DNA of 64,000 nucleotides from Thermodesulfobacteriota bacterium (lineage in GTDB: Bacteria; Desulfobacterota_D; UBA1144): contig JAYYZJ010000012.1 in the NCBI GenBank assembly GCA_036340075.1, positions 6,516-70,515 of the forward strand, given 5' to 3'. Within the stretch, counting starts at the first letter, position 1. The number at the start of each line of letters is the position of its first letter. Below the pieces are notes generated by a model. It had not been told where the DNA came from. It did not search any database and was given only the letters and a program-made list of their open reading frames with translations. Position numbers and translations under genes: made by a program. Shown piece by piece: positions 11,194-21,459 of this stretch.

Positions 11194-13293
11194 TTGAATA
11201 ATTTAAGGCATAATCTCAATCAAAGCCAAAAAATGGCGGCTACCCATGTAGATGGACCAGCTCTTGTGTTGGCGGGGGCAGGGTCTGGAAAAACAAGAGT
11301 ATTAACTGAAAGAATATGCCATTTGATTAAATCTGGTAAAGCCAATAGCTTTGAAATCTTAGCCCTTACTTTTACCAACAAGGCTGCAGAGGAAATGAAA
11401 TCCAGAATCAAGAAGTTGCTTGGTAACAAATATGACTTCCCCTGGGTAGGAACATTTCATTCAATCTCCTACAAAATTTTAAGTATTTTCATAACAGAGA
11501 TAGGAAAAGATTATAAAAAGAATTTTACTATTTATGATCCCAATGATCAGCTTAAGATTATCAAAAATGTTGTAAAAGAATTAGATTTAGATTCGAATGA
11601 ATACAATCCAAATCTTATTAGAGGAAAGTTGGACAAATTAAAAAATTTGTACACTTTCGATGAATGGGATGATGAATGGAGTTACAGAGATGAGAAGGAA
11701 AGAAGTGTGTTCCACAAATATCAGAAAGCATTAGAAGATAATAATGCTATGGATTTTGGTGATTTAATCTTAAATTTTTATGAATTAATTTCCAGAAACG
11801 ATAAAGTTAAAAAAAATTTACACAATAGATTTAAGTATATTCTTGTTGATGAGTATCAAGATACAAATAAAATACAATTCCGATTACTAAATAACCTTGC
11901 ATCGAAAACCAAGAATATATTTGCAGTTGGAGATGAAGATCAAACAATATATGGATGGAGAGGGGCATCAATTGATAACATATTTAAATTTAAGGAAATT
12001 TATCATAAAACAAAAATCTATAAACTCGAACAGAATTACAGATCATCGCCGGAAATTTTACAAGTATCAAATCAGTTAATATTTAACAATAAAAAAAGAA
12101 TGGACAAGGTCCTTACTACTTCCAACCCAAATGCTGGTAATGTTGAAGTAATTTCTTGTCCAGATAATTCTGTTGAAGCAGACTTTGTTTCAGAAAAGAT
12201 TACTCAATATATAAAAGAAAAAAAATATAGACTTAAAGATTTTGGTATTTTCTATAGAACCAATGCTCAATCACGTTCCCTTGAAGATGTATTTAGGCGA
12301 AGGAAGATTAAATATAAAATATTTGGGAATATTAGTTTTTATGACCGAGCGGAGATTAAAGATTTGATTTCTTTTCTCCGGTTAATAGTAAATCCTTATG
12401 ATGAAATTTCTTTCAATAGAATAGTTAATATTCCACCAAGAGGAATAGGGGCCAAAACATTAATAAAAATGAAATCTATTCAAGAATCATCCGGTATGAA
12501 TTTTTTAGAATGTATTGAATACTGTTCAGATAAAAATGATGTTTTTTCGAAAAAAGTAGCTTCAAATCTAAAAGATTTTAAAGATTCTTATCGTAATCTA
12601 ACTTTGGAAATAAACAACAAACATCTTCCTATATCCGAAGCCATAGAAAAATTTTTAATAAATATAAAATATTTTGAATATCTTGAAGATACCGACAAAA
12701 AAGAAAATATATCAGAATTTTTGAACTTAGTTGCTGAATATCAAAATGACAACAAAGAATCAAGCTTAAATGATTTTCTTAACATGCTTTCCATATCTTC
12801 TTCTATAGATAATTTCAATGAAGATAGTGGCTATGTTGCTATGATGACAGTTCACTTAGCTAAAGGATTAGAGTTCCCGTGTGTATTTCTTGTAGGAATG
12901 GAAGAAGGTTTGTTCCCTCATAGTAAGATTTTAGATGATCCAGATGAGAATGGGATTGAGGAAGAGAGACGATTGTGTTATGTCGCTTTTACCCGAGCAA
13001 TGAACAAACTACATATTTCTTATTGTAGAATGAGAAGACAATTTGGGGATATAAATTATTGTGAAAAATCACAATTTATCGCCGAAGTTGAGAATTGCAA
13101 AAATGTTGAACTAGATAATTATGGGCAAGATGAAGTTGATAACAAAAATCACGTTAAAGTTTTTCATCATCGTTTTGGAGAAGGTGTAATTCTGGAAGAA
13201 GAGCTGGATGAATTTATTGATGATGTGGTGACAGTGTTGTTTGACAATGGAACAAAGAAGAGAGTATTTTTAAGTGATTTAGAAGATGGATAG
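11194..13293 (+). CDS. uvrD: UvrD/PcrA SF1 DNA helicase
   Basis: AGAGSGKT, VDEYQD, GDEDQTIYGWRGA, AKGLEF, EERRLCYVAFTRA; Tudor-like C-terminus (VFHHRFGEG). Confidence 0.95.
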   Translation: MNNLRHNLNQSQKMAATHVDGPALVLAGAGSGKTRVLTERICHLIKSGKANSFEILALTFTNKAAEEMKSRIKKLLGNKYDFPWVGTFHSISYKILSIFITEIGKDYKKNFTIYDPNDQLKIIKNVVKELDLDSNEYNPNLIRGKLDKLKNLYTFDEWDDEWSYRDEKERSVFHKYQKALEDNNAMDFGDLILNFYELISRNDKVKKNLHNRFKYILVDEYQDTNKIQFRLLNNLASKTKNIFAVGDEDQTIYGWRGASIDNIFKFKEIYHKTKIYKLEQNYRSSPEILQVSNQLIFNNKKRMDKVLTTSNPNAGNVEVISCPDNSVEADFVSEKITQYIKEKKYRLKDFGIFYRTNAQSRSLEDVFRRRKIKYKIFGNISFYDRAEIKDLISFLRLIVNPYDEISFNRIVNIPPRGIGAKTLIKMKSIQESSGMNFLECIEYCSDKNDVFSKKVASNLKDFKDSYRNLTLEINNKHLPISEAIEKFLINIKYFEYLEDTDKKENISEFLNLVAEYQNDNKESSLNDFLNMLSISSSIDNFNEDSGYVAMMTVHLAKGLEFPCVFLVGMEEGLFPHSKILDDPDENGIEEERRLCYVAFTRAMNKLHISYCRMRRQFGDINYCEKSQFIAEVENCKNVELDNYGQDEVDNKNHVKVFHHRFGEGVILEEELDEFIDDVVTVLFDNGTKKRVFLSDLEDG

Positions 13294-13309
13294 TTTGGAG
13301 AAGAATTGA

Positions 13310-13627
13310 ATGGCATTAAAAAAAAATAGAAAGGGAAAAATCATGATTAAACACCATAGGATTAAAAATCTTGATACTTTTTTAGAGAAATTTATAGAGC
13401 CAATCGAATCAGTGAAACTAATAACTCCAGGAGCAATAAAAGTCGGAAAAGGAACAGGTGAAAATCTAAAGGTAACTTATGGTAGAGAGATTTACCAAGG
13501 TTCTGGAGAGATACTAACGGGATGCAAATTAAATGCAACATCAGGGAATTCGAATCAAGAAATATTGGTGTCCACTTCGAATCCAGAAGAAGTAAAAAAA
13601 GTTATAAGTAAAATTAATAAAAACTAA
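13310..13627 (+). CDS. DUF2103-like small protein
   Basis: Pattern KHH-x-I...ITPGAI...GCKLNATSGNSNQEILVST resembles DUF2103 as I recall it; GGAG SD. Confidence 0.6.
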   Translation: MALKKNRKGKIMIKHHRIKNLDTFLEKFIEPIESVKLITPGAIKVGKGTGENLKVTYGREIYQGSGEILTGCKLNATSGNSNQEILVSTSNPEEVKKVISKINKN

Positions 13628-16600
13628 TTAAGATTAATTGTTTTTGATATTTCTTCTTCAAGTTCTTTGCAATTTTCTACACTTATATTGTCAATGGAAA
13701 TTCTTGCCCTTACTCCACTATCCTTTAGCAATATTTCAACCGGACTCTTCCCAGGATATTTATGAAATAAATTTTTAAGATTGTTGACTTGCTTTTTTGA
13801 GAGATTTTCATTAATTGTGATTTTAAGCGGTACTGGCATGTCTCTTATGAGCTGTACGGAATCCTCACCATTAAATGAATTTATTATTAATTTAGTATTC
13901 CCATCACTTTTCTCAATCGAACCCGTTATTAAAAGAGGAGCTCCGATATTTAATATGGATTCAGATTTTTCAAATTCATCATTAAATATTATTGCTTCTA
14001 ATAATCCAGATGTATCCTCTAGATTGATTATAGCGTATTTCTTTGAATTCTTTTTTGAAGTCTTAACTGATATAGACGATATAAATGCAGCAAGAGTTAC
14101 TACACTTTTTTCTGATTCATTTTTAATATCCCTAATTCTTTTGTAATTAATCTTAGATAACTTATGTTTGTATATGTCCAGCGGATTTATTTTAACCGAA
14201 TAACCTAATGTCTCTATCTCATATTTGCTTAGTTCATCCAAAGGCCATTCTTTAAAATCTTCTAAGGTTGGTTCCTGAATTAGCTTATCTAAATCAAACA
14301 AATTTTCTTGATCTGTATTTCGATTCTTACTGTATTGGCCTACAAAGCTCAAAAGTAAATCCATATTATTAAACAGAGTTGCTCTAGTAAATAAAAAACA
14401 ATCTAAAGCCCCTGATTTAATTAAACTCTCTAAACTTTTTTTATTCATCTTTCTTGAGTCCATTACAGATAAAAATTCAAATATGGTTGAAAATTTACCT
14501 AAATCTTTTCTAGAATTAATAATATTCTCAACGATATTAGTACCTAAATTTTTAATTGCACTTAGACCAAATCGAATCGACTTATTTATTGGAGTAAAAC
14601 CTGAGCCACTTTCGTTTATATCAGGAGAAAGTATCTCAATCCCCATTTCTTTACATTCGGTAATATTTGCAACAATTTTTTCAGATAAATTGATTTCAGT
14701 AGACATAAGTGCAGACATAAATTCGCATGGATAATAAGTTTTTAGATAAGCTGTTTGAAAAGTTATATTAGCATAGGCAGTACTATGACTTTTATTAAAA
14801 GAATATTCTGCAAATTTTTCCATTGTGTCAAAAATTTCATGTGCGACTTTTAGAGGAACTTTATTTGTTTCTGCCCCTCCAATAAATCTTTCTCTTTGAG
14901 CTAGCATTTCAGAGGTTTTTTTCTTTCCCATAGCTCTTCTTAGTAAGTCTGCTTCACCTAAAGAGAAATTCGCCAAAATCGAAGCAGTTTTCATTATTTG
15001 TTCTTGATAAACAAAAAGACCATGAGTTTCTTCTAGAATTTTTTCTAATTCTGGTAAAGGATAATCTGTTTTAGTCTTTCCGCTCTTTCTTAGAATATAT
15101 TCATCCACCATCCCACTATCTAATGGTCCTGGCCTGTAAAGAGCCAACAAGGCAACAATATCATCAAATTTATCAGCACGTAGATTTTTTAAAACATCTT
15201 TCATTCCACTTGATTCAATCTGAAATATACCTCTTGTAAGTCCATTAGAGAGCATTTGATAGACATCCTTATTGTTCATGTCAGCATATTTCAATTCTTT
15301 ATCTATATCCGGATTGCCTACTTTAATAAAATCTTTTGTGTTCTTTATTACGGTAAGAGTTTTCAAACCCAAAAAGTCAAATTTAACAAAACCTAAATCT
15401 TCTACAGCATTCATGTCATACTGAGTTACGGTCTCATTTTTTGAGCCTCTGAAAAGAGGAATCATTTTGTCTAATGGTTCATTTGATATAACAACGCCAG
15501 CAGCATGAGTAGAAGAGTGCCGCACAGAGTTCTCAAGCTTTACACTCAAGTTATAAAGTTCAGTAAACTTTTCATCAGATTCAACCAATTGTCTAAATTC
15601 TTTAACTTTTTTGTGGCTCTCTTCAAGCGAATAGACTTTACCTCTAAAAGAAGGAATTAGATTTGTTAATTTATTTACATCGCTAAAACTAAAACCTAAT
15701 ACTCTACCAACATCTTTTATAACTGCCTTTGAAGACATTGTTCCAAAAGTTCCTATTTGAGCAACTTTGTCTTCTCCATATTTGTTTATTACGTATTTGA
15801 TTACTTCCTCACGCTTTTCACCACAAAAATCTATATCTATATCTGGCATGCTAATTCTTTCAGGATTCAAAAATCTTTCAAAAATTAAATCATATCTGAT
15901 AGGATCTATTTCTGTTATATCTAGTAGGTTTGCTACTAGACTGCCGGCTGCACTACCTCTTCCAGGACCAACTGGTATATTATTTTTTTTTGCAAACCTT
16001 ATGAAATCAGAAACAACTAGAAAGTAACCTTCGTATCCCATATCTCTAATAATCGACAATTCATGATCAATCCTATCTTTATACAAACCCGATTCATTTG
16101 GAGAGATTAATTTTTCCTGAATCTTGTTTTCGAGAGCGGACAAAACCATTGCTTTTATATCATTAGAACTTGATGAATCCTCAGTATTTAACTGTGGCAA
16201 ATGATAATCATTTGTCTTTAAATCTATATTGCATCTTTCAGCAATCAAAAGAGTATTCTCTAAGGCTTCTTCGTTGTCATCAATTGCATCTCTCATTTCA
16301 TCTCTGGATTTCAAATAGAACTCGTTCCCGTTGAATCTAAATCTTTTTTCTTCTTTAACAAGAGAGTTTGTCTGAATACATAGAAGAGCATCATGTGAAT
16401 GAAAATCATTTTTAGTTAAATAATGACAATCATTAGTTGCAACAATTGGGATATTTAGCCTAACACTCATCTCTTTTAAAACCGAGTTAACTCTTTTTTG
16501 TTCTTTTAATTTAGTACCTTGAATTTCAAGAAAATATCTGTCACCAAATACAGCTTTGTACTCACTAGCAATTCTTATCGCTTCTTCCTTTTTTCCCTTT

Positions 16601-17043
16601 AAGATATTGTGACAAACTTCGCTGTTTAAACATCCACTTAAAACAATTAACCCAGAACTATTTTCAAACAAAAGCTTCTTGTCTACTCTAGGTTTGCGAT
16701 AGAATCCCTTTAAGTGTCCTCTTGATACAAGGGAGCAAAGATTCTGATAACCATCTATGTCCATAGCTAATACAGTAAGATGGTGGGTTTTGTTATCCTC
16801 AGGAGTCTTATTGGTGTGATCCTTTGCTATGTATACTTCGCAGCCGATTATTGGCTTAATATCGTTTTCTTTGGCTTTTCTATAAAAATCATATGCACCA
16901 AATAAATTCCCGTGGTCAGTTAAGGCAACTGCTGGCATACCCTGTTTTTTTACTTCTTCAAAAAGCTCGTCAAATTTAATAGCCCCATCAAGTAGTGAGT
17001 ATTGAGAATGCAAATGCAGGTGTACAAATTCGTTTTTATTCAA
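13624..17043 (-). CDS. dnaE: DNA polymerase III alpha subunit (start revised to TTG 17043)
   Basis: FVHLHLHSQYSLLDG PHP domain, GPGRGSAAGS, MPDIDIDF, FNKSHS. The longer upstream extension would overlap ftsY. Confidence 0.97.
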   Translation of the reverse strand: MNKNEFVHLHLHSQYSLLDGAIKFDELFEEVKKQGMPAVALTDHGNLFGAYDFYRKAKENDIKPIIGCEVYIAKDHTNKTPEDNKTHHLTVLAMDIDGYQNLCSLVSRGHLKGFYRKPRVDKKLLFENSSGLIVLSGCLNSEVCHNILKGKKEEAIRIASEYKAVFGDRYFLEIQGTKLKEQKRVNSVLKEMSVRLNIPIVATNDCHYLTKNDFHSHDALLCIQTNSLVKEEKRFRFNGNEFYLKSRDEMRDAIDDNEEALENTLLIAERCNIDLKTNDYHLPQLNTEDSSSSNDIKAMVLSALENKIQEKLISPNESGLYKDRIDHELSIIRDMGYEGYFLVVSDFIRFAKKNNIPVGPGRGSAAGSLVANLLDITEIDPIRYDLIFERFLNPERISMPDIDIDFCGEKREEVIKYVINKYGEDKVAQIGTFGTMSSKAVIKDVGRVLGFSFSDVNKLTNLIPSFRGKVYSLEESHKKVKEFRQLVESDEKFTELYNLSVKLENSVRHSSTHAAGVVISNEPLDKMIPLFRGSKNETVTQYDMNAVEDLGFVKFDFLGLKTLTVIKNTKDFIKVGNPDIDKELKYADMNNKDVYQMLSNGLTRGIFQIESSGMKDVLKNLRADKFDDIVALLALYRPGPLDSGMVDEYILRKSGKTKTDYPLPELEKILEETHGLFVYQEQIMKTASILANFSLGEADLLRRAMGKKKTSEMLAQRERFIGGAETNKVPLKVAHEIFDTMEKFAEYSFNKSHSTAYANITFQTAYLKTYYPCEFMSALMSTEINLSEKIVANITECKEMGIEILSPDINESGSGFTPINKSIRFGLSAIKNLGTNIVENIINSRKDLGKFSTIFEFLSVMDSRKMNKKSLESLIKSGALDCFLFTRATLFNNMDLLLSFVGQYSKNRNTDQENLFDLDKLIQEPTLEDFKEWPLDELSKYEIETLGYSVKINPLDIYKHKLSKINYKRIRDIKNESEKSVVTLAAFISSISVKTSKKNSKKYAIINLEDTSGLLEAIIFNDEFEKSESILNIGAPLLITGSIEKSDGNTKLIINSFNGEDSVQLIRDMPVPLKITINENLSKKQVNNLKNLFHKYPGKSPVEILLKDSGVRARISIDNISVENCKELEEEISKTINLN

Positions 17044-17092
17044 GTTAGAGGTAATTATAAATGAATTAATCCTAATTAAAAAATTAATATTA

Positions 17093-17121
17093 TTGATAAT
17101 TAAATTAAATGGTGACAGAAT
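17093..17121 (+). promoter_or_regulatory. ftsY promoter TTGATA-17-(TG-A)CAGAAT, 7 nt before ATG 17129
   Basis: TTGATA 17093-17098, TG 17113-17114, CAGAAT 17116-17121; no SD. Confidence 0.55.
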
Positions 17122-17128
17122 AAAATTT

Positions 17129-18070
17129 ATGTTTAAGAAGGCCAAATCACTTTTTTCTTTTGTTAAAGATAAATTAGTCAAAACCCGTGAATCAATTACA
17201 GAATCAATTACTCAGGTTTTTAAGAAAAAGGTTATTATCGACGAAGAGACATTAGATGAATTACAGGAGACGCTTATACTTTCCGATGTTAGTTATAACT
17301 CCTCAGAAAGAATAATAAAAAAATTTAAGGAAGATATAGGGAAAAGAGAAACAGAAAAAGAAACTGACAAAGCTTTTTTCTTGGATGTATTACAACAAGA
17401 GATTGCTATCATGTTACAAAGAGACGACCTGGACATAAACCTTGAGAGCAATGGGTTGTCGGTTTTTATAGTTAGTGGAGTCAATGGGAGTGGAAAGACT
17501 ACTTCTATAGGAAAATTATCAAAAATGCTTAGCAGTGAAGGGAACAAGAAAGTTATGATTGTTGCAGCTGATACGTTTAGAGCAGCGGCTATTTCTCAAT
17601 TACAAGTTTGGGCAAATAGGGTTCAAGTTGATTTCTTTTCGAACGAAAGTAAAGATCCAAGTAGTGTTGTTTATTCTGCTATTGAAGAAGCTAAGATTAA
17701 AAAAATTGATATTTTAATAGTTGATACTGCAGGAAGACTAGGAACAAATAATGAATTAATGATGGAATTGTCGAAAATAGAAACCGTTGTAAAAAAGCAA
17801 ACTGGATCAAATCCGGTAGAAAATTTACTTGTACTTGATGGAACATCAGGACAAAATGCACTTAGTCAGATAGAGAAATTTAAACAATCAGTTAATCTTA
17901 CTGGAATTATAATAACTAAACTTGATAGCACATCTAAAGCAGGTTTCGCTATATCTGCATCTTACGATTATGACTTGCCTATTAAATTTATAGGAGTAGG
18001 TGAGGGCCTTGACGATTTATTACCTTTTGTTCCAGAGGATTTTGCTAAGGCACTATTTCATTTAAACTAA
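17129..18070 (+). CDS. ftsY: SRP receptor FtsY (NG domain, no long acidic N-domain)
   Basis: GVNGSGKTT, DTFRAAA, DTAGR, TKLD, GVGE; start taken at ATG 17129. Confidence 0.95.
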   Translation: MFKKAKSLFSFVKDKLVKTRESITESITQVFKKKVIIDEETLDELQETLILSDVSYNSSERIIKKFKEDIGKRETEKETDKAFFLDVLQQEIAIMLQRDDLDINLESNGLSVFIVSGVNGSGKTTSIGKLSKMLSSEGNKKVMIVAADTFRAAAISQLQVWANRVQVDFFSNESKDPSSVVYSAIEEAKIKKIDILIVDTAGRLGTNNELMMELSKIETVVKKQTGSNPVENLLVLDGTSGQNALSQIEKFKQSVNLTGIIITKLDSTSKAGFAISASYDYDLPIKFIGVGEGLDDLLPFVPEDFAKALFHLN

Positions 18071-18076
18071 TTTAGA

Positions 18077-19153
18077 ATGAGCAGAGAACAATATATGAAC
18101 CTGGCTTTTAAAATTGCTAAGAAAGGATTAAATAATACTGGATCTAATCCAATGGTAGGAGCAGTTATAGTCAAAAGGGGTAAAATAATAGGAAAAGGCT
18201 ATCACGAAAAGTTTGGTGGACCGCATGCAGAAGTTAATGCAATTATGGATGCTGAGTCAAAAGGCCACTCTGTTAAAAACTCATTGTTATTTGTGACATT
18301 AGAGCCATGTAGCCATACAAAGAAACAAACTCCTCCTTGCACAAAATTAATTTTAAATAAAGGTATAAAGAAAGTTTTTGTTGGAATGAAAGACCCAAAC
18401 GAAAAAGTTAATGGAGCAGGAATTAGATATTTAGAAAGACATAATGTTAAAACTTCTATACTAAACTACAAAGAAGAAAACAAAGAACTCAACAAAGGAT
18501 TTATTAATTTAATAAAAACAAAAAGACCATACATGACACTAAAAATTTGCCTCTCATTGGATGGCAAAATATACAATTTAAATAGACCTAAAGATACAAT
18601 TGGGGATCGAACACAATTGAATCATGCTAACAAGCTTCGTAAAGATTTTGATGGAATTATGGTAGGAGTAAACACAATACTTAACGACAATCCAAGACTT
18701 ACCTATAGAGGACCAAAAGATAAATCATATACCCAACCACGACCCATTGTCTTGGATTCAAAATTAAGGACCCCTTTAAAAAGTAAAATAATTTTAGAAG
18801 AAAACAAACCTATCATTTTTACTCAGAAATCTACAAATAGCATAAAAATGAAAACCATGGTGGAATCTGGATGTGAAATAATTATAATGAAAACAATGAC
18901 ACCGCAAGCTATATTGAAGAAACTAGGATCACTGAACTTGCAAAGAATTCTTGTCGAAGGAGGAGCGAAAGTCTTCTCAAGCTTTTTATCCTCAAGACTA
19001 TGGAACGAATTAATAGTATATTATTCTCCTAAATTTATAGGAAAACATGGTTTGCCTTTGACTAAAGAACTCTCAAAAGATTTTTTAATAGACAGTAGAT
19101 ACAAGACCAAAACAAAGAAAGTTGGACGTTCTTTGATGTTAAAAATAAATTAG
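18077..19153 (+). CDS. ribD: Bifunctional riboflavin deaminase/reductase
   Basis: NPMVGAV, HAE, TLEPCSH...PPC, SLDG, DNPRL, VEGG. Confidence 0.95.
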   Translation: MSREQYMNLAFKIAKKGLNNTGSNPMVGAVIVKRGKIIGKGYHEKFGGPHAEVNAIMDAESKGHSVKNSLLFVTLEPCSHTKKQTPPCTKLILNKGIKKVFVGMKDPNEKVNGAGIRYLERHNVKTSILNYKEENKELNKGFINLIKTKRPYMTLKICLSLDGKIYNLNRPKDTIGDRTQLNHANKLRKDFDGIMVGVNTILNDNPRLTYRGPKDKSYTQPRPIVLDSKLRTPLKSKIILEENKPIIFTQKSTNSIKMKTMVESGCEIIIMKTMTPQAILKKLGSLNLQRILVEGGAKVFSSFLSSRLWNELIVYYSPKFIGKHGLPLTKELSKDFLIDSRYKTKTKKVGRSLMLKIN

Positions 19154-19804
19154 ATGAGAATAGGTATTATAGGTGGGAATTTTAATCCAATACATATTGG
19201 TCATGTGTCAATGATTGAAGAGGTTTATGAAAGTTTTAATCTTGATAAACTCTTAATAGTTCCAAATTCGAATCCTCACTATAAGGAAACAAGAAAAATA
19301 AAATTTGAGTTAACCGTAGATATGATTAATTTGGCTATAAATAAAAAAATCGACTATGAAATCAGTACACTGGAAAGTGATGTTAATGAGAAGCATTTCA
19401 CCCTAAACACATTAAAAAATATTTCTGAAATGTACAAAAATGACAAGCTTATTTTTATAATTGGTAGTGATCAATTTTTGAAATTTGAAACATGGTACAA
19501 ACCAGAAGAGATAAGAAAATTAATCAACATTGTTGTCCCTATTAGGACACCATACTTTGTTGATGTTGAAGAATTGATCAAGAAGAACCCAGGTTCTTTT
19601 ATAAGAAAAAATTATGGCAGGAAGGTCTTGTTAAAAACAAGCACAGAAAAGATGATGATATTCTTTGATTTGGTTAACAAAATCGATATATCTTCTTATG
19701 CGATAAAGAAGATGTTTGTTGAAGACAATGCTCGAGAAGCGAAGAAATTTTTACCAAGTACTGTTTTTGAATATATTGTAAAAAACAAAATATATAATTT
19801 ATGA
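19154..19804 (+). CDS. nadD: Nicotinate-nucleotide adenylyltransferase
   Basis: GGNFNPIHIGH, IIGSD, ISS motifs; followed by rsfS. Confidence 0.92.
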   Translation: MRIGIIGGNFNPIHIGHVSMIEEVYESFNLDKLLIVPNSNPHYKETRKIKFELTVDMINLAINKKIDYEISTLESDVNEKHFTLNTLKNISEMYKNDKLIFIIGSDQFLKFETWYKPEEIRKLINIVVPIRTPYFVDVEELIKKNPGSFIRKNYGRKVLLKTSTEKMMIFFDLVNKIDISSYAIKKMFVEDNAREAKKFLPSTVFEYIVKNKIYNL

Positions 19805-20139
19805 AATCATTTGATAACGTTAAAATTATTTATAATGAGCTAATTGAAAGAAAAGCCGAAAATGTAGTTGTTTTGGATATCAATAAAGTCTCGTCAATTG
19901 CTGACTACTTTATCATTGCTAGTGCTGATTCAGAAAGGGGTGTTAAATCCTTAGTGGATTTTGTTTCAAAGAAGATTAAAGAAAGATTTGGGAATATAGG
20001 AAAAATAGAGGGGGTAAGTGGAGGAAGATGGATTGTAATTGATTTCGGTGATGTAATTGTTCATGTATTCCACAAAGACACAAGAGAGTACTTTAATTTA
20101 GAATCCCTTTGGGATGACGCAAAAGTTGTTGGGCTTTAA
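19801..20139 (+). CDS. rsfS: Ribosome silencing factor (iojap)
   Basis: KAENVVVLD, DYFIIAS, WIVIDFGDVIVHVF, REYFNLESLW. Confidence 0.95.
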   Translation: MKSFDNVKIIYNELIERKAENVVVLDINKVSSIADYFIIASADSERGVKSLVDFVSKKIKERFGNIGKIEGVSGGRWIVIDFGDVIVHVFHKDTREYFNLESLWDDAKVVGL

Positions 20140-20145
20140 CATAAA

Positions 20146-21354
20146 TTACTTTTTTGGTTTTCTTATAAAAGCAGGTATTTCAAAATGTTCATCATCACCC
20201 AATGGGTGGAGCTCCTCAGGTTCTGAGTCACCATTGCCATTAGATGAAATTTGACTTAATGATGAATCATCATCAATGGCTTCATCAAGGTTAAAACTAA
20301 TCTGATTTTTATCCTCTTCAACTTCTTCTGTGACTTCCGCAGACCTAGGCTTTGGTCTTGATGCACCATCAATGCCCGTTGCAATTACTGTAATTTTAAC
20401 TTTATCACCCATAGTTTCATCAACTACTAAGCCAAAAATTAATTCAACATCAGCACTTGCTCTACTTCTTATATGGTTGCAAGCTTCATTCAATTCATCG
20501 ATTGTGAAATTACTTGATGCTGTAACGTTAATTAGAATTCCAGTAGAGCCATCAATTGAAACGTCTTCTAATAGAGGGCTCGTTATAGCATTTTCAGCAG
20601 CTTCTGTTGCTCTCGAAGTTCCTTCGCCATCACCTGTTCCCATCAAGGCCTTGCCACCGCTTTCTTTCATAATTTTTTTGACGTCAGCAAAGTCAACATT
20701 TATAAATCCAGACCCAACAATTATATCCGCAATTCCTCTAACCGCTCCTGCAAGCACGTTGTCTGCTGCTTTAAAAGAATCGAGAATCCCAGCAATTTGT
20801 TGAATTTCTCCCAACTTGTCATTAGGGATAACAATCATAGAATCAACTTCGGTAGATAAATCTTCAATCCCTACCTCTGCATTTGTTAATCTTTTCTGCG
20901 CTTCAAATTCAAAAGGCTTTGTTACAATAGCAATTGTCAAAGCACCTGAATCTTTAGCAAGTTTTGCTACAACTGGTGCAGCTCCGGTTCCTGTACCACC
21001 ACCCATACCTGCGGTAATAAAAACCATGTCTGCTCCTTGAAGCGCTTCTGTTATGTCGTTTTGATCCGCTTTAGCACATTCGCTTCCTAATCCAGGGTCT
21101 CCTCCAACCCCTAATCCTTTAGCGATATTTTTTCCTATTTGAATTATTCTTTTAGCTTTTGATTTTTGTAAATCTTGAAAATCGGAATTAATTGCTATAA
21201 ACTCAACACCGGTTATATGCATATCTATCATGCTATTTACGGCATTCCCACCGGCTCCACCAATTCCTATAACCTTAATTTTCGCCCCAAGCTTTTCAAA
21301 AGGATTCTCCTCTTGTGACCCTGAGACAGAACTAGAAAATTCGAAAGTAGGCAT
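20146..21354 (-). CDS. ftsZ: Cell division protein FtsZ
   Basis: GGGTGTG tubulin signature, INVDFAD, C-terminal EIPAFIRK; GAGGT SD. Confidence 0.99.
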   Translation of the reverse strand: MPTFEFSSSVSGSQEENPFEKLGAKIKVIGIGGAGGNAVNSMIDMHITGVEFIAINSDFQDLQKSKAKRIIQIGKNIAKGLGVGGDPGLGSECAKADQNDITEALQGADMVFITAGMGGGTGTGAAPVVAKLAKDSGALTIAIVTKPFEFEAQKRLTNAEVGIEDLSTEVDSMIVIPNDKLGEIQQIAGILDSFKAADNVLAGAVRGIADIIVGSGFINVDFADVKKIMKESGGKALMGTGDGEGTSRATEAAENAITSPLLEDVSIDGSTGILINVTASSNFTIDELNEACNHIRSRASADVELIFGLVVDETMGDKVKITVIATGIDGASRPKPRSAEVTEEVEEDKNQISFNLDEAIDDDSSLSQISSNGNGDSEPEELHPLGDDEHFEIPAFIRKPKK

Positions 21355-21370
21355 CTCTACACCTCTAAAA

Positions 21371-21417
21371 TAACTATATATAGTAGTCTCAATAAAAAAA
21401 GATACTATATTTAGTAT
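21371..21417. promoter_or_regulatory. Tandem NrdR-box-like operators upstream of ftsZ
   Basis: TAACTATATATAGTAG (21371-21386) and ATACTATATTTAGTAT (21402-21417) match acaCwAtATaTwGtgt; 31-bp period; minus-strand TATAAT at 21424-21419. Confidence 0.65.
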
Positions 21418-21459
21418 TATTATATATCATAAATTAATAAAAAGATATAAAAAAAAGAC

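Noticed and set aside
17044-17181. N-terminal extensions in the ORF track for dnaE and ftsY (also groES, ftsW, rsmH, aroE, aroQ)
   Set aside because: They overlap neighbouring genes or promoters and lack family similarity; starts were revised.
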